64,000 nucleotides of DNA from Candidatus Hydrogenedentota bacterium (GCA_963668025.2 CAXXTH010000010.1:160001-224000), one strand, 5' to 3'. Numbered from the stretch's first letter, positions 21,057 through 31,921 are shown. A program made the numbers and translations. Notes: generated by a model from the letters alone, not told the origin.

Positions 21057-21452
21057 ATGGCGAAAGGCGATCATATCCAGGTGGGGCGCTTGGGGTATTC
21101 CCATCACGGCGTCGATTGTGGTGACGGAACGGTGATTCATTTTTCGGGTGACGATGGTGAGAAAAAACGCCCCTATGTGCGGCGCACTTCTCTTGACGAA
21201 TTCGCCCAAGGAGCGCATGTCCATGTGGCCCATCACGCCAAAGACCCGAAGGCGTCGGTTGCACGGGCGGAGCAATATCTTGACGCGGACAATTACAGCC
21301 TCATTTTCCACAATTGCGAGCACTTCGCCCGCTGGTGTGCGACGGGCCGCCATAAAAGCAGGCAGGTGCGCATCGCCATATCGGGCCTGGCGGTGGGCGT
21401 GACGGGCTTGCTCACGTGGCTCGTACTGCGCCGAGGTTCGAGGACGGGCTAA
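21057..21452 (+). CDS. LRAT/NC-domain protein (permuted NlpC/P60)
   Basis: YSHHGV..GDGTVIHF and YSLIFHNCEHFARWC; C-terminal hydrophobic helix; AGGAGG RBS. Confidence 0.9.
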   Translation: MAKGDHIQVGRLGYSHHGVDCGDGTVIHFSGDDGEKKRPYVRRTSLDEFAQGAHVHVAHHAKDPKASVARAEQYLDADNYSLIFHNCEHFARWCATGRHKSRQVRIAISGLAVGVTGLLTWLVLRRGSRTG

Positions 21453-21676
21453 ACCTCCTTCCCGGGCTCTTCCTCTTCGGCATCCGGGTAATCCAGCCCA
21501 TGTTCGTATTCCTCAATAGATACGTTCCCAATGACTTTCACGGGAAGGCGGGTGCCCATGTCGCGGAAAAACACGCCCGTACCCTCGGGGATCACTTCAG
21601 GCTCTTCCATGGTTTTCCATTTCTTGCCTGGCCGTCCTTCCGACCAAATGGTAACGACATAATACCGTTGCATCAT
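21449..21676 (-). CDS. Small hypothetical protein with acidic tail
   Basis: GAGG RBS; ~75 aa with beta-rich, protein-like composition. Confidence 0.6.
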   Translation of the reverse strand: MMQRYYVVTIWSEGRPGKKWKTMEEPEVIPEGTGVFFRDMGTRLPVKVIGNVSIEEYEHGLDYPDAEEEEPGKEV

Positions 21677-21827
21677 GCACCTCATCGAGTAGTATATCCG
21701 GCACAGCCATCTTAACCAGGCGGGCAGGCATACACAAGAATAGGCGCTGTTTTTCTGCTTGACATACTCCCCGTCTGCGGAAACAATATGGCAAGCATTT
21801 GGCTTGGGGTCAGGAGTAGCCAGGCGT

Positions 21828-22322
21828 ATGTCACTTCACCAGAAACGGCGGTTCAATCCTTTCGGCTTGCCCGAATTTATAGGACTCGTCATGTTAGCTG
21901 CGGTGGTTTTCTGTGGGATGGAATGGATCCATGCATCCCCCACCTTTAGATGGCAGGAAACCATGGGGCGGATCACGAGTTGTGATATCAAATCCATCCA
22001 TTACAACGCGGAACCTAACCGGAATAAGGTTACGATTTCTTTTACTTACCATGTGAATGAAATCCCATTCCAAGGCTCTTGGTCCGGCATGTGGCCGGTG
22101 GCGGATAGTCCTAATGCACTGGGCGATGAAGAGATCACGCGGCTGAAGGACAAAGGGTATTTGCTTCGGGTGTATTATGACGCCCGGAATCCCGAGATTC
22201 ATCGTATCCATGACTTGGTGGATACAAAGAGATATGTGTTTTCCATTCTTTCCGTTTTAGGCTCATTAGCCTTGATATACTATTTGGTAAAAATCTATCC
22301 TGCCTGGAAGGGAGTCCATTGA
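21828..22322 (+). CDS. DUF3592-like membrane protein
   Basis: Two TM helices flanking WQETMGRITS...YHVN...VYYDARNP. Confidence 0.7.
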   Translation: MSLHQKRRFNPFGLPEFIGLVMLAAVVFCGMEWIHASPTFRWQETMGRITSCDIKSIHYNAEPNRNKVTISFTYHVNEIPFQGSWSGMWPVADSPNALGDEEITRLKDKGYLLRVYYDARNPEIHRIHDLVDTKRYVFSILSVLGSLALIYYLVKIYPAWKGVH

Positions 22323-22644
22323 GGGAGAGGATCTGCATACTGGACGCGCCACCCTTTGCCCGCTCCCTGCATTCTGATACCCCATGCAGGAATCTAGCGC
22401 CGCTTCTAGTGGTTTATCTCTTCCGATATTAATAATTGCCTGGCGTTCTGGAAATATTGTATAGGCTAGGCGAAACGGCTGCATCTTCAAATTATGATGA
22501 AATGAACCACTACACGGTAATCTCCCCCAAAAGTGTGTCCTAAAAGAACACGCTTACATTACCGACATGATTCGGCATGTACAAAAATGAAATGAACCAG
22601 TAGGTTGAACGGCGAGGATGTTCCTGCCTTATGTCAAAAGAGGT

Positions 22645-23262
22645 TCAAAGCAAGGCGTCCACACACCGGTTCACCTCTTCCGCGACTTCGCTGATGGGGC
22701 GCTGGCCGTTGATGATTTTGACCCGTTCGGGCTCGCGTGCGGCGATGGCGAGGAAGCCGCGTCGAACGGCTTCATGGAAAGCGAGAGGCTCTTGCTCCAT
22801 GCGGTCTTGCGCGCGCACGCGGGCGGCGCGTTGCAGGCCTTCTCCGGCGGGCACATCGATGACAAGGGTCAAATCGGGCCAGATGCCTTGCGTGGCGATG
22901 CGGTGGAGGCGTTCGAGCATCTGAGGCTCGAGGTCGCGGCCTGCGCCTTGGTAGGCGGTGGTGGAATCCGTGAACCGGTCGCACAAGACGATCTTCCCGG
23001 CGTCAAGGGCGGGCAGGATGCGTTTCTCCACATGCTGGGCGCGAGCGGCTTCATACAAGAGCAGCTCCGCCGTGGCGCTCATACTGGCGTATGCCGGATC
23101 AAGCAAAAGGGAGCGAATAGCCTCCGAGAGCGGCGTGCCGCCGGGTTCGCGCGTCAGGATGACCGGACGGCTCATGCCTTCGAGGCGTGTCTTCAGGAGC
23201 TGGGCTTGGGTCGATTTTCCACAGCCCTCGACGCCCTCGAATGTGATGAACACCCCGTTCAT
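22645..23262 (-). CDS. tmk: Thymidylate kinase
   Basis: FITFEGVEGCGKSTQ, TREPGGT, LCDRFTDST.AYQG. Confidence 0.97.
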   Translation of the reverse strand: MNGVFITFEGVEGCGKSTQAQLLKTRLEGMSRPVILTREPGGTPLSEAIRSLLLDPAYASMSATAELLLYEAARAQHVEKRILPALDAGKIVLCDRFTDSTTAYQGAGRDLEPQMLERLHRIATQGIWPDLTLVIDVPAGEGLQRAARVRAQDRMEQEPLAFHEAVRRGFLAIAAREPERVKIINGQRPISEVAEEVNRCVDALL

Positions 23263-24116
23263 TCGTCTAGCGCCTTTCGCCGGGCTTCACAGCCTGCCTC
23301 AAGAAAGGCTTCCAGGCCCGGCCCGTCGCCTGATTCGAGCAGGCCGCGCAGCGCATCGAGCCGCCCGCGCAGCGCATCGAGTCCATCCAGGATGGCTTTG
23401 CGGTTGGTGAGGCAGATATCGCGCCAGATCTCGGGGCGTCCGGCGGCGATGCGGGTGGTGTCGCGGAATCCGCCGCCCACCACGGCGCGCACATCGCCTT
23501 CCTCCGCGGCCAATAACGCGAGACAAGCAGCCGTGACATGGGGAATGTGGCTGGTCCGGGCAAGAAGGGTGTCGTGCCGCTGAGGCTCGAGCTCGATGAT
23601 GCGGGCCCCCACGGCGCGCCATAAGGCGCACACGGCGGCGTGGGCGTCCGGGGCATGCCCTGCTTCCGGCTCAATAATCGCCACACTGCCTTCATACAAA
23701 CTGGCGTAGGCATGTTCAGGCCCAAATTTCTCCGAGCCCGCCATAGGGTGGCTGCCGATGAAGCGGAGTGGGCTGGGCCATGTCGCGGCGGCATGGGCGC
23801 AGATAGCGCCCTTCGTGCTGGCTACATCGGTAACAACAGCGTCCGGTCCGCATGCGGGGCGTATGGCGTCGAGCAAGGCGGGAATAGTGTTCGCCGCCGT
23901 GCAGAGAACCACCAGTTCGGCGTTGCGGCAGGCCTCCACGGGGTCGAGATAGGATTCATCAATAGCGCCCATGGCCCGCGCGGTATCGAGCGAAGTAGCG
24001 CGGCGGCCAACCCCGCGCACATACCGGGCGAGGCGGCGTTCTTTTAAGGCAAGGCCAAGCGAACCGCCCAGCAGCCCCACGCCGATAATCACGGCGGTGT
24101 CGAATGGCAGTTTCAC
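23259..24116 (-). CDS. tyrA: Prephenate/arogenate dehydrogenase
   Basis: [25 protein letters not shown]...[17 protein letters not shown]. Confidence 0.93.
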   Translation of the reverse strand: MKLPFDTAVIIGVGLLGGSLGLALKERRLARYVRGVGRRATSLDTARAMGAIDESYLDPVEACRNAELVVLCTAANTIPALLDAIRPACGPDAVVTDVASTKGAICAHAAATWPSPLRFIGSHPMAGSEKFGPEHAYASLYEGSVAIIEPEAGHAPDAHAAVCALWRAVGARIIELEPQRHDTLLARTSHIPHVTAACLALLAAEEGDVRAVVGGGFRDTTRIAAGRPEIWRDICLTNRKAILDGLDALRGRLDALRGLLESGDGPGLEAFLEAGCEARRKALDE

Positions 24117-24841
24117 GCCCCCGCCCCGGCGGCGGCGATAGCTTGTTCGAGGGTAAAAACGCCCAGGTATAAGGCGCGGCCAATAATGACTTCATCGACG
24201 CCCGAGCGTTCGATGGCGCACACCCGGCGCACATCCTCAAGAGAAGACATGCCGCCGCTGGCGGTCACGGGTATGCCCACCGCTTCCGCCAACGCTTGCG
24301 TCATCTCGATATTCGGGCCTTTCATCATGCCGTCGCTCAAAATATCGGTATAGATGATGCGCGAAGCGCCTGCATCCTGCATGGCGCGGGCAAAATCGAT
24401 GGCGTCCATATCGGTGATTTCCCGCCAGCCGCTCAGCGCCACTTTGCCCGCTTTCGCGTCAATGCCCACGGCAATGTGGCCCGGATAGGCCTCGGCGGCG
24501 CGGCGCACCAGCGCGGGCTCCCGGTAGGCGGCGGTGCCCAAAATCGCACGGCTGGCCCCCGTGGCGAGCACTTCAGCCACGGTTTCGAAAGAACGAAGGC
24601 CGCCGCCCACCTCGAAAGGCACATGGGCGGCGGCGATTGCACGCAATTCTTCAGCTACGCACAGGCGTCCTTCCAGAGCGCCATCGAGATCCACGATATG
24701 GATCAATGCACCGCCCTGTTCATGCCAGCGTAGCGCCTGGACTGTGGGGTCTTCCGCAAAGACCGTTTCCTGGGCGTAATCACCCTGGACCAGATTCACG
24801 CATCGTCCTGCGCGAATATCCACGGCGGGCACAATGCGCAT
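24113..24841 (-). CDS. hisA: ProFAR isomerase HisA
   Basis: [52 protein letters not shown]. In frame with upstream rplT in this sequence. Confidence 0.96.
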   Translation of the reverse strand: MRIVPAVDIRAGRCVNLVQGDYAQETVFAEDPTVQALRWHEQGGALIHIVDLDGALEGRLCVAEELRAIAAAHVPFEVGGGLRSFETVAEVLATGASRAILGTAAYREPALVRRAAEAYPGHIAVGIDAKAGKVALSGWREITDMDAIDFARAMQDAGASRIIYTDILSDGMMKGPNIEMTQALAEAVGIPVTASGGMSSLEDVRRVCAIERSGVDEVIIGRALYLGVFTLEQAIAAAGAGA

Positions 24842-24843
24842 GA

Positions 24844-25207
24844 CTAGGAAGCGGCCTGATGTGCGCGCACCAACTCGACGATTTGATTGAAATCGCTCGG
24901 TGTCGGTGGCGGCGATGTCGGCCAGGATTTTCCGGTTCAGATCGATCTGGGCCAGTTTAAGCCCTTGAATGAACTGGCTATACGTCATGCCGCAGGCGCG
25001 TGAAGCGGCGTTAATGCGCGCGATCCACAGCTTGCGAAATTCACGTTTGCGCACCTTGCGGTCGCGGTAAGCATATACGCCGGAATGATCCACCGCTTGT
25101 TTAGCGGTTTTCAACAGGCGATGCTTGCTGCCGCGATAGCCCGAAGCTAGTTTTAAAACCTTATTGCGCCGACGGCGCGATGCGGGGGCGCTGGTTGCAC
25201 GAGGCAT
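24844..25207 (-). CDS. rplT: 50S ribosomal protein L20 (one extra base near 24890-24892; native stop TAG at 24844-24846 is in the +1 frame)
   Basis: [38 protein letters not shown]; span of 364 nt = 121 codons + 1. Confidence 0.93.
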
Positions 25208-25277
25208 GGTTTGAACTCCTCAATTTCATCCGCCCTATGGGCGGGTTATTGCTGCACGAACGGGAAACAGTCTCCCG

Positions 25278-25475
25278 TCACCCATAGGGAAGCATCTGCT
25301 TAACCCGGCCCACATCCGAGGGGTCCAGCATGGTGGCGGTGCGGAGCCTGCGGCGGCGCTTGGCTGGCTTGTGGGTAAGAAGATGCCGCCCGCCGGCCAG
25401 ATGGCGCTTGAATCCCCCGTTTTTCGTGCTCTTAAAGCGCTTGGCCGCGGAACGCCGCGTCTTCATCTTCGGCAT
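25278..25475 (-). CDS. rpmI: 50S ribosomal protein L35
   Basis: [14 protein letters not shown]...HLLTHK...RRLR...MLPY; GGAGG RBS. Confidence 0.97.
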   Translation of the reverse strand: MPKMKTRRSAAKRFKSTKNGGFKRHLAGGRHLLTHKPAKRRRRLRTATMLDPSDVGRVKQMLPYG

Positions 25476-25638
25476 AATGAATCCTCCATCGGTTGTCGTC
25501 ACGGCGCCGCGCAGAGACAAAAAACTCTCCCGACGCCGTTTGTTTGCGGTTTTTTGGTGTAGAACCGCGTGGAATCGTCAGTGGACATATCCATGCGCCA
25601 AGCTCATTTAACACATGGCTTGGCGCGCGAAAAGGGCA

Positions 25639-26211
25639 TCAACTCGAATCGGCGGCAGCAGCAGCGCTTACCTTGGCGGTGATTTTGGCCGACGGAGACA
25701 ACATGATACTCATGAAACGCCCGATCAGCGGAATGCGGGAGGTTTCCACCTCTTCACTGCACAAATCCTTTGTGCTTTCCACCACCCGGGTCAAGATCTC
25801 CCGGCCAAATTCCGGGTGGGCCATTTCGCGGCCGCGAAACTTCACGACCACTTTCACTTTATTGCCCTCGCCCAGAAACTCGCGCACATGTTTCGTTTTG
25901 TATTCGAAGTCGTGGGTATCGATCTTCCGGCTATATTGCACTTCCTTGACCGTTACCGTGTGCTGGTGCTTTTTGGACTCCTTGGCGCGCTTGCTTTGCT
26001 GATAGCGATATTTGCCATAGTCCATGATGCGGCACACGGGGGGCGTCGCGTTCGGCGCCACCTCGACTAGATCCAAACCCCGCTCCTGCGCTTCGCGCAT
26101 GGCGTCGAAGGGGCTCAAAATACCGAGCTGATTCCCTTCCTCGTCAATGACGCGCACCTGCCTGGCGCGAATCCGTTCATTGACTCGCACGCGTTGATCT
26201 ACCTTTGAGAT
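25639..26211 (-). CDS. infC: Translation initiation factor IF-3, non-canonical ATC start
   Basis: VNERIR..VRVID, LDLVEVAPNA.PPVCRIMDYGKY, KFRGRE. In-frame ATC lies 8 nt after GGAGG. Confidence 0.95.
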   Translation of the reverse strand: MSKVDQRVRVNERIRARQVRVIDEEGNQLGILSPFDAMREAQERGLDLVEVAPNATPPVCRIMDYGKYRYQQSKRAKESKKHQHTVTVKEVQYSRKIDTHDFEYKTKHVREFLGEGNKVKVVVKFRGREMAHPEFGREILTRVVESTKDLCSEEVETSRIPLIGRFMSIMLSPSAKITAKVSAAAAADSS

Positions 26212-26281
26212 ATGTAGTCCCTCCTCTCGCCAGACGCCGCCACGCCCGCAATCTGGCAGTGGTTAGGCAGCATCCTTCTCC

Positions 26282-26438
26282 AAAAAAAAGAAACGCGGCG
26301 GAGCACACCCGTCCTCCGCCGCGAAAATAACATACGGCCCAAGCGCTCATATCGAGCGCGCTAACCTTGCTCACAGATGCCGCGTTTCTTAAGAAACACG
26401 TTCGCCGCAAGGTGAGGAGCGGGAACTCCTGCTTATTT
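26282..26438 (-). promoter_or_regulatory. L20 ribosomal protein leader with attenuator hairpin
   Basis: AAGCAGGAGTTCCCGCTCCTCACC...GGAGGACGGGTG resembles the L20 leader; CGCGGCGGAG/CTCCGCCGCG stem plus T tract upstream of infC-rpmI-rplT. Confidence 0.75.
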
Positions 26439-26542
26439 GGCGCGTATTATTCCTACAGCGCCACGTGCAAAATATACCATAATCCCGGAACGGTGTCAAA
26501 CATGGCATGTCCAACATGGCATGTCCTAATGTGCGGCATATC

Positions 26543-27661
26543 CTAATGGTGCGAGAAGCAGCGTTCGCCCGTAAAAACCATGGCGGTATTGGTCTCGTTG
26601 CACGCTTCAATGACCTCGTAATCGCTCACGCTGCCGCCAGGCTGGCAAATAGCCGAAATACCCGCCGAGGTGGCGGCGTCCACGGCGTCGCGGAACGGGA
26701 AGAAACCGTCCGACGCCATGACGGCCCCATCGAGGCTTTCTTCGCCTTTGTACTTCTGTTTGGCTTTGTGGATCGCTTGCTGCACGGCCCCCACGCGGTC
26801 CTGTTCACCCGTGCCCACGGCAAGGGTCTGGCCGTTGCGGGCAATAACAACGCCGTTGGACCGGACGTGGATGTTGACGTACCACGCGAAGAGGAGATCA
26901 TCCAGTTCACGGGCGTCCGGCTTGCGGGCGATCTCGATGCGGCCCTTCGTCTTGTGCTCGTTATAAGCGGGCATCAAATCTTCCGGCCCTTTGACGCGGG
27001 ATAAATACGGCGTGGCCAGGACGATGCTGCCATCATCGAAAACCTTCATTTCATACACATCCGTGCCATCTTCCACAAATTTCGGCAAGCGCGCAAAACC
27101 GGGCAGTTGAATCACCCGGATTTCTTTGTTGCGTTTGAACCGTTCGGCGTTGTTCAGCGTTTCGAGCGCCTCTGGCGTGTACCCAGGCGCGGCGACGCCC
27201 TCGACGATGGTCTGCATGATCGCCTCGGCGGTGTCCTCGTCCACTTCCGTGTTGAACGCCACCACGCTGCCGAAAGCCGCCTGTGCGTCGGCGTCGCGGG
27301 CGCGTTCATAAATCCGCGCCAGCGGCATATCGCCCACTTGGATGGCCACGCCGGAAGGATTGCAGTGTTTCATGACGGCGCAAGCGGGACGCTGCATAAA
27401 CTTGAGGATGCCCACGGCGTGGTGCATGTCCTCGATATTGGTTTGGGAAAGGCCGCTCTTGCCCGTTTTCAGGAGTTGATACGCGCCAAGCACTAGATTT
27501 TTCCCGTCCGCAGGGCGGTAAAACGCGGCAGGCTGGTGGGGATTCGTGCCGTACCGTAGGTTTTCCGCCTTGGCATACGCCCGGCCCATGACCTCGATGG
27601 TTTCTGGAAAGTTTCCTTCGGTCCGGCTGCGGTACATCTGTTTCAAATCCCGTTCCGTCAT
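26543..27661 (-). CDS. purH: PurH-family AICAR transformylase (short form lacking the N-terminal MGS-like domain)
   Basis: LRYGTNPHQ.AAFY, KHCNPSGVA, AAFGSVVA, RSNGV, ASDGFFPFRD, QPGGS, RCFSHH. Confidence 0.88.
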   Translation of the reverse strand: MTERDLKQMYRSRTEGNFPETIEVMGRAYAKAENLRYGTNPHQPAAFYRPADGKNLVLGAYQLLKTGKSGLSQTNIEDMHHAVGILKFMQRPACAVMKHCNPSGVAIQVGDMPLARIYERARDADAQAAFGSVVAFNTEVDEDTAEAIMQTIVEGVAAPGYTPEALETLNNAERFKRNKEIRVIQLPGFARLPKFVEDGTDVYEMKVFDDGSIVLATPYLSRVKGPEDLMPAYNEHKTKGRIEIARKPDARELDDLLFAWYVNIHVRSNGVVIARNGQTLAVGTGEQDRVGAVQQAIHKAKQKYKGEESLDGAVMASDGFFPFRDAVDAATSAGISAICQPGGSVSDYEVIEACNETNTAMVFTGERCFSHH

Positions 27662-27726
27662 GTTTATGCTCCTCCGATGCAGGTTGTTCCCCGAAAACAC
27701 AACACGCCTGGACGCATGTGTTTCCG

Positions 27727-27806
27727 CGCCCAGGCGATCGGCAATTTTCCCTGTGGCCCGCCGCTTCCCCGTGGTTGATTCCACGCAGTGCTCGCCAGTC
27801 GCGGCG
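27727..27806 (-). ncRNA. ZMP/ZTP (pfl) riboswitch
   Basis: GCCGCGACTGGCG...GTGG..AACCACGGGGAAGCGGC...GCCGATCGCCTGGGC matches the ZTP consensus, directly upstream of purH. Confidence 0.92.
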
Positions 27807-28063
27807 TTCCATACGAATTTGGAAACCATATCATCACGAATCCAGCAGCGTCAAATCCCCGCGCAGGTGTGTGCGTGTTAGATTCAGATAGTAATACGTT
27901 TGCTCAGCTCATTTCATACTGGTAATAAAAAGAAAAATACGTTATATTTGATTTATAAGAAATGGAATCAGTAGTAGAAAACGTTGTATATAAGAAAGCG
28001 TTTTTCTGGATTCTGAACCAAAGGGAAAATAGCTCCTAAGGGGGCTCCAAAAAGGAGCTGGCT

Positions 28064-30406
28064 ATGGGCAGTGTTTCCTTGCGTTTCCGGCTTACCCTCA
28101 TCTGTCTGCTCTTGGTTGTTGTACCCACCATCTTGCTTAGCGCGTTCGGATTATTTCAGATCAGAGACTTGAGTTCGCGGAACACGGATGCCGCGTACAC
28201 CGGGCTGCAAAAGCAATCAGAAAATGCACTGCTCTATGGAGACCTAGCACTATGGGAGCGGTTGGATGCGACCGTGGCGTCGCTGAAACGCGACACTATA
28301 CGCCTGGCCGCTTCCTCGAATCTGGCCAATTATATATCCACTAAAGCGGGTGCTAATGCATCATTGAATTCGATTGCCCAGCGCGAATTGCTCCGGGTCA
28401 CGCAGGGTGTGGCGAAAGCGGCGCAAATGCAGGCTGAACTAGGAAGCACGCCATCGGCGGATTTTGCGAACTACATCCGAGGCTTGAAGATTGGCGCTGG
28501 CGGGTATGTCTTTGTCGTGAATTCCCAGGGCGCGGTGCTGGTGCATCCGCGGGCGGAGATCGAGGGGAAAAATGTCATCGGCGATTTAAATCTCACCGTA
28601 TTCAATGAGATTTTCCAGAAAGCCAGCGGCACGGACATACAACTGGCGAATTACACGTTCGAGGAACGTTCGAAATGCCTTGCATATATCCGGGTTCCCG
28701 CATGGGATTGGATTATTTGCACCAGCGCGTATTGGGATGAGTTGAGCACCGAAGCAGCCACCCAGACGCAGGAAGCTTTATACAGCGAAATCCAAACCAT
28801 GTACGACAGCCAGTATATCGAGCAGGAAAAAGAAGGGAAAAAGGAGAAGCATCCTCTTCTTGCACAGATACGATTTATAGACACTTCTGGGAAAGAAGTG
28901 ATCAAGCATGTGCAAGGCGCATTTTCGAATGAACTAGGCGAAAGAAGCAAATCCGATTGGTTCATAGCGGGCTTGGCCCTGCCAAAAGGCGGCCTATATA
29001 ACAGCGGCTGCCAGATTGCCGGCAACACGCAAGAAGTTGAACTACGCCTCGTATCCCCAGTGTATCTAGATGATAAATGCTGCGGGGTGGCCGTATTGAA
29101 CATTAACTGGCAGGTAATTTCCGATTTAGCGGAATCCGTTACATTCGGAGAGACCGGCTATGCATATATCATCAATGAAGCGGGCGTGCTGGTGAGCCAT
29201 CCATCTTATACGCTTAAAAACGCGAAGTCCTTAGCGGATCCTTCTCAAGGGGTTTTAGCGGAAATCGTTACAAATAGCATGCTCAAAGGAGAAACAGGCG
29301 TCCGGACATATACATTCGAGGGCGTCAGCAAATTCGCGGCTTACCGGCCCTGGAACATGGAAGGCAAGATCTACTCGGTAGTGGCTACGGCCCCCGAGAA
29401 TGAGCTGTTGCGAGAAGCCAATACGATCCGGGCGAATTCACTCGCCACGCAGCGCAGAACGCTGTTTATATTGATGGCGGTGGGCGGTGCGTTGGCGATT
29501 GTGGGCGGACTTATTGGCGTCGGAGTGGCGAATCGGGTGTCGGCTCCGCTGCTCGAGGTGATCCGCGGACTCGAGGCCGCCTCGCACGAAGTTGCTTCGG
29601 CAAGCACGCAAGTGGCGCAATCGGGCCAGGCGCTGGCGGAAGGCGCAAGCAATCAGGCCGCGAGCCTCGAGGAGACCTCCGCATCCCTCAATGAAATGGC
29701 CAGCATGACCAGTGAGACCCATACGCTAACCAATGGTGCGGCTGGGCTCATGCGGGCCAATATCGAGCGTTCCGGGCAATCGTTGCGGGCCATTGTAGAA
29801 ATGACCCGGCAGATGGGCCAAATCGAAGCAGACAGCGGCCAAATGAGCAAGATCATCAAGAATATTGATGCGATCGCGTTCCAAACCAACCTGCTGGCTC
29901 TTAACGCTGCAGTGGAAGCGGCCCGGGCTGGCGAGCATGGAAAAGGATTCGCCGTCGTGGCCGAAGAAGTCCGCAGCCTGGCCATTCGCGCGGCCAGCGC
30001 CGCGAAAGATACGCAAAAATTGCTGGAAGGCACCGCCAGCCGCGTTGCGGATACGGCAGGTAGCATTCGCGACATCAACTCTAACTTCGAAGATATCGTG
30101 GAATCCGCCACGGCCATGGGTGAAAAACTCGAATCCATCACCCAAGCATCACTGCAGGTCGCCAAGAGCGTCGAACAAGTGAGCATCGCCATGGCGCAGA
30201 TGGAGCGCGTCACGCAATCCGTGGCGGCCTCGGCGGAAGAGAACGCCTCCGCCGGAGAAGAACTCAGCGCCGAAGCGATGCAGCTCGATGAAGTGGTCGA
30301 AAGACTGCATCATTTTGTCACGGGCAAGGAACGGGAGCTAGACGGAAAAACACTTCGAGGGACTATCGAGGAGCCATACCAGCTTCCTGCCCCAGCGGAG
30401 GAATGA
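28064..30406 (+). CDS. Methyl-accepting chemotaxis protein with Cache sensor domains
   Basis: Two TM helices; Cache motifs [15 protein letters not shown] and [15 protein letters not shown]; [34 protein letters not shown]. Confidence 0.95.
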   Translation: MGSVSLRFRLTLICLLLVVVPTILLSAFGLFQIRDLSSRNTDAAYTGLQKQSENALLYGDLALWERLDATVASLKRDTIRLAASSNLANYISTKAGANASLNSIAQRELLRVTQGVAKAAQMQAELGSTPSADFANYIRGLKIGAGGYVFVVNSQGAVLVHPRAEIEGKNVIGDLNLTVFNEIFQKASGTDIQLANYTFEERSKCLAYIRVPAWDWIICTSAYWDELSTEAATQTQEALYSEIQTMYDSQYIEQEKEGKKEKHPLLAQIRFIDTSGKEVIKHVQGAFSNELGERSKSDWFIAGLALPKGGLYNSGCQIAGNTQEVELRLVSPVYLDDKCCGVAVLNINWQVISDLAESVTFGETGYAYIINEAGVLVSHPSYTLKNAKSLADPSQGVLAEIVTNSMLKGETGVRTYTFEGVSKFAAYRPWNMEGKIYSVVATAPENELLREANTIRANSLATQRRTLFILMAVGGALAIVGGLIGVGVANRVSAPLLEVIRGLEAASHEVASASTQVAQSGQALAEGASNQAASLEETSASLNEMASMTSETHTLTNGAAGLMRANIERSGQSLRAIVEMTRQMGQIEADSGQMSKIIKNIDAIAFQTNLLALNAAVEAARAGEHGKGFAVVAEEVRSLAIRAASAAKDTQKLLEGTASRVADTAGSIRDINSNFEDIVESATAMGEKLESITQASLQVAKSVEQVSIAMAQMERVTQSVAASAEENASAGEELSAEAMQLDEVVERLHHFVTGKERELDGKTLRGTIEEPYQLPAPAEE

Positions 30407-30469
30407 GTTCGAAAGGAATCCAGCTTTTTACAGTTCACGGCTATTGGCTAGTATTCGTCGGGGTTGGGA

Positions 30470-31921
30470 TTATTCTAGTTCCAATGCGTCATGGCGTCCG
30501 GGGCGGCTGCGGAAATCCGCCTCGATGGCCGACGACGCCTCGGCTGCGGCGATTCCCCGCATGACGAGGAAACGGTGTAAGTGTTCCGCGAGCCGGGCCA
30601 GCGAGAGCTGGTGTGTGCGGCCCGTGGCGGACCATAGGGCGTCTGAAAGGGCCAGGAACGCGGCGAAGGGCGAAGGGTCCGTGCGCCAGAGCAAAGGGAG
30701 CGACCGGGGAAAACGCTCCATGTTGTAGTACAGCTCGAAATAACGGGCGAAACGCTTGATGAGGCGCATCCGGTCGAAATCGATATGTTCCGTTTCGAGC
30801 ACTTCATACGGCGGGAAGGGGGCGAATATCATGCCGTTCGGCGTGGGGCGATGGGCCAAGGGAGAACCTTTCAGGCGTTTTAATATGCCCACCTGGATGG
30901 CATGCGGTTCGAGCGCGATAAGCTGATCAAAACCGTTTCCGAACGATTCCCACGTTTCACCCGGCAGCCCCGCCACCAGATCCACATGAAGCAGCGCGCC
31001 GGTGCGCTGGCGTAAAAACCGGAGATTTTCGGTAGTAACTTCTAAATCCTGCGGGCGGTCTATCGCTTCTTGCGCGGCGGGATGGAACGTTTGCACGCCC
31101 AGTTCGAGATGCAGGCCGCCCTCGGGGAAGCGGGCGATCCATTCGAGCATGGTAGGATGCAAGCGATCAGGCAAAATCTCGAAGTGGAGCTGCATGCCCG
31201 CGCGCCAGCGTTCAAGAAAAAACGACAGGATGGCGGCCGTGCGTTCCAAGCCCAGATTGAAAGTGCGGTCAGTGAACTTGAATAACCGCGCGCCACGCTC
31301 GATGAGGATTTCCATGTCTTTAAAAAACTTAGGCAAGGGTGCTTCGCGCACGGGGTGGCTGTTCGCGGACAAGCAGAACGCACAGCGAAACGGACAGCCC
31401 CGGGAGGATTCCACATACAACAGGCGGTTGCGGATGTCTTCGTCCGTATAGTCCTCGTACGGCGAAGCAATGCGCTCCAAGCTGGGTGGCGGCGGCGCAA
31501 GCACCTTGCGCAACGGCTGGCGGCCTTCCATCAAGGTAGCGGCAAGCCCGGCGAACGCCTCTTCTCCTTCGCCACAGATGAGATAATCGATGGCCGCAAA
31601 GAGTTCCGTGCCTTCGTATCCATGGCTGGCCTCGGGGCCGCCCGCCACGAGCCATAGCGAGGGCTGCAATGCTTTCAAGATGCGCGCCACCTGTGCCAGG
31701 AGGGTGGCATTCCAAATGTACACCCCCAGGCCCACAAGTCTCGGGCGGGCGGACAAGATGGCATGGGCGATCTCGATAGGCTCTTGGTGGATGTCGAATT
31801 CCAGGATACGGGCTTGGCCGCGTAGCGCGCCCAAATTGGCGTGCAGGCAGCGCAGGCCCATGGACATATGGACGTACCGCGCGTTGGCCGTGGCTAAGAT
31901 AATGTCCGAATTCTCTGGCAT
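30470..31921 (-). CDS. B12-binding radical SAM protein (DUF4080-type C-terminus)
   Basis: NARYVH, GVYIWN, GGPE, ESSRGCPFRCAFCLS, DRTFN. Start trimmed to MPENS because the longer ORF overlaps the neighbouring ABC gene. Confidence 0.9.
   Translation of the reverse strand: MPENSDIILATANARYVHMSMGLRCLHANLGALRGQARILEFDIHQEPIEIAHAILSARPRLVGLGVYIWNATLLAQVARILKALQPSLWLVAGGPEASHGYEGTELFAAIDYLICGEGEEAFAGLAATLMEGRQPLRKVLAPPPPSLERIASPYEDYTDEDIRNRLLYVESSRGCPFRCAFCLSANSHPVREAPLPKFFKDMEILIERGARLFKFTDRTFNLGLERTAAILSFFLERWRAGMQLHFEILPDRLHPTMLEWIARFPEGGLHLELGVQTFHPAAQEAIDRPQDLEVTTENLRFLRQRTGALLHVDLVAGLPGETWESFGNGFDQLIALEPHAIQVGILKRLKGSPLAHRPTPNGMIFAPFPPYEVLETEHIDFDRMRLIKRFARYFELYYNMERFPRSLPLLWRTDPSPFAAFLALSDALWSATGRTHQLSLARLAEHLHRFLVMRGIAAAEASSAIEADFRSRPGRHDALELE

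Noticed and set aside
22497-22599. 13-bp direct repeat ATGAAATGAACCA, 90 bp apart
   Set aside because: Only two short copies with no TSD, ORF or hairpin; could be an IS-end remnant but cannot be supported.
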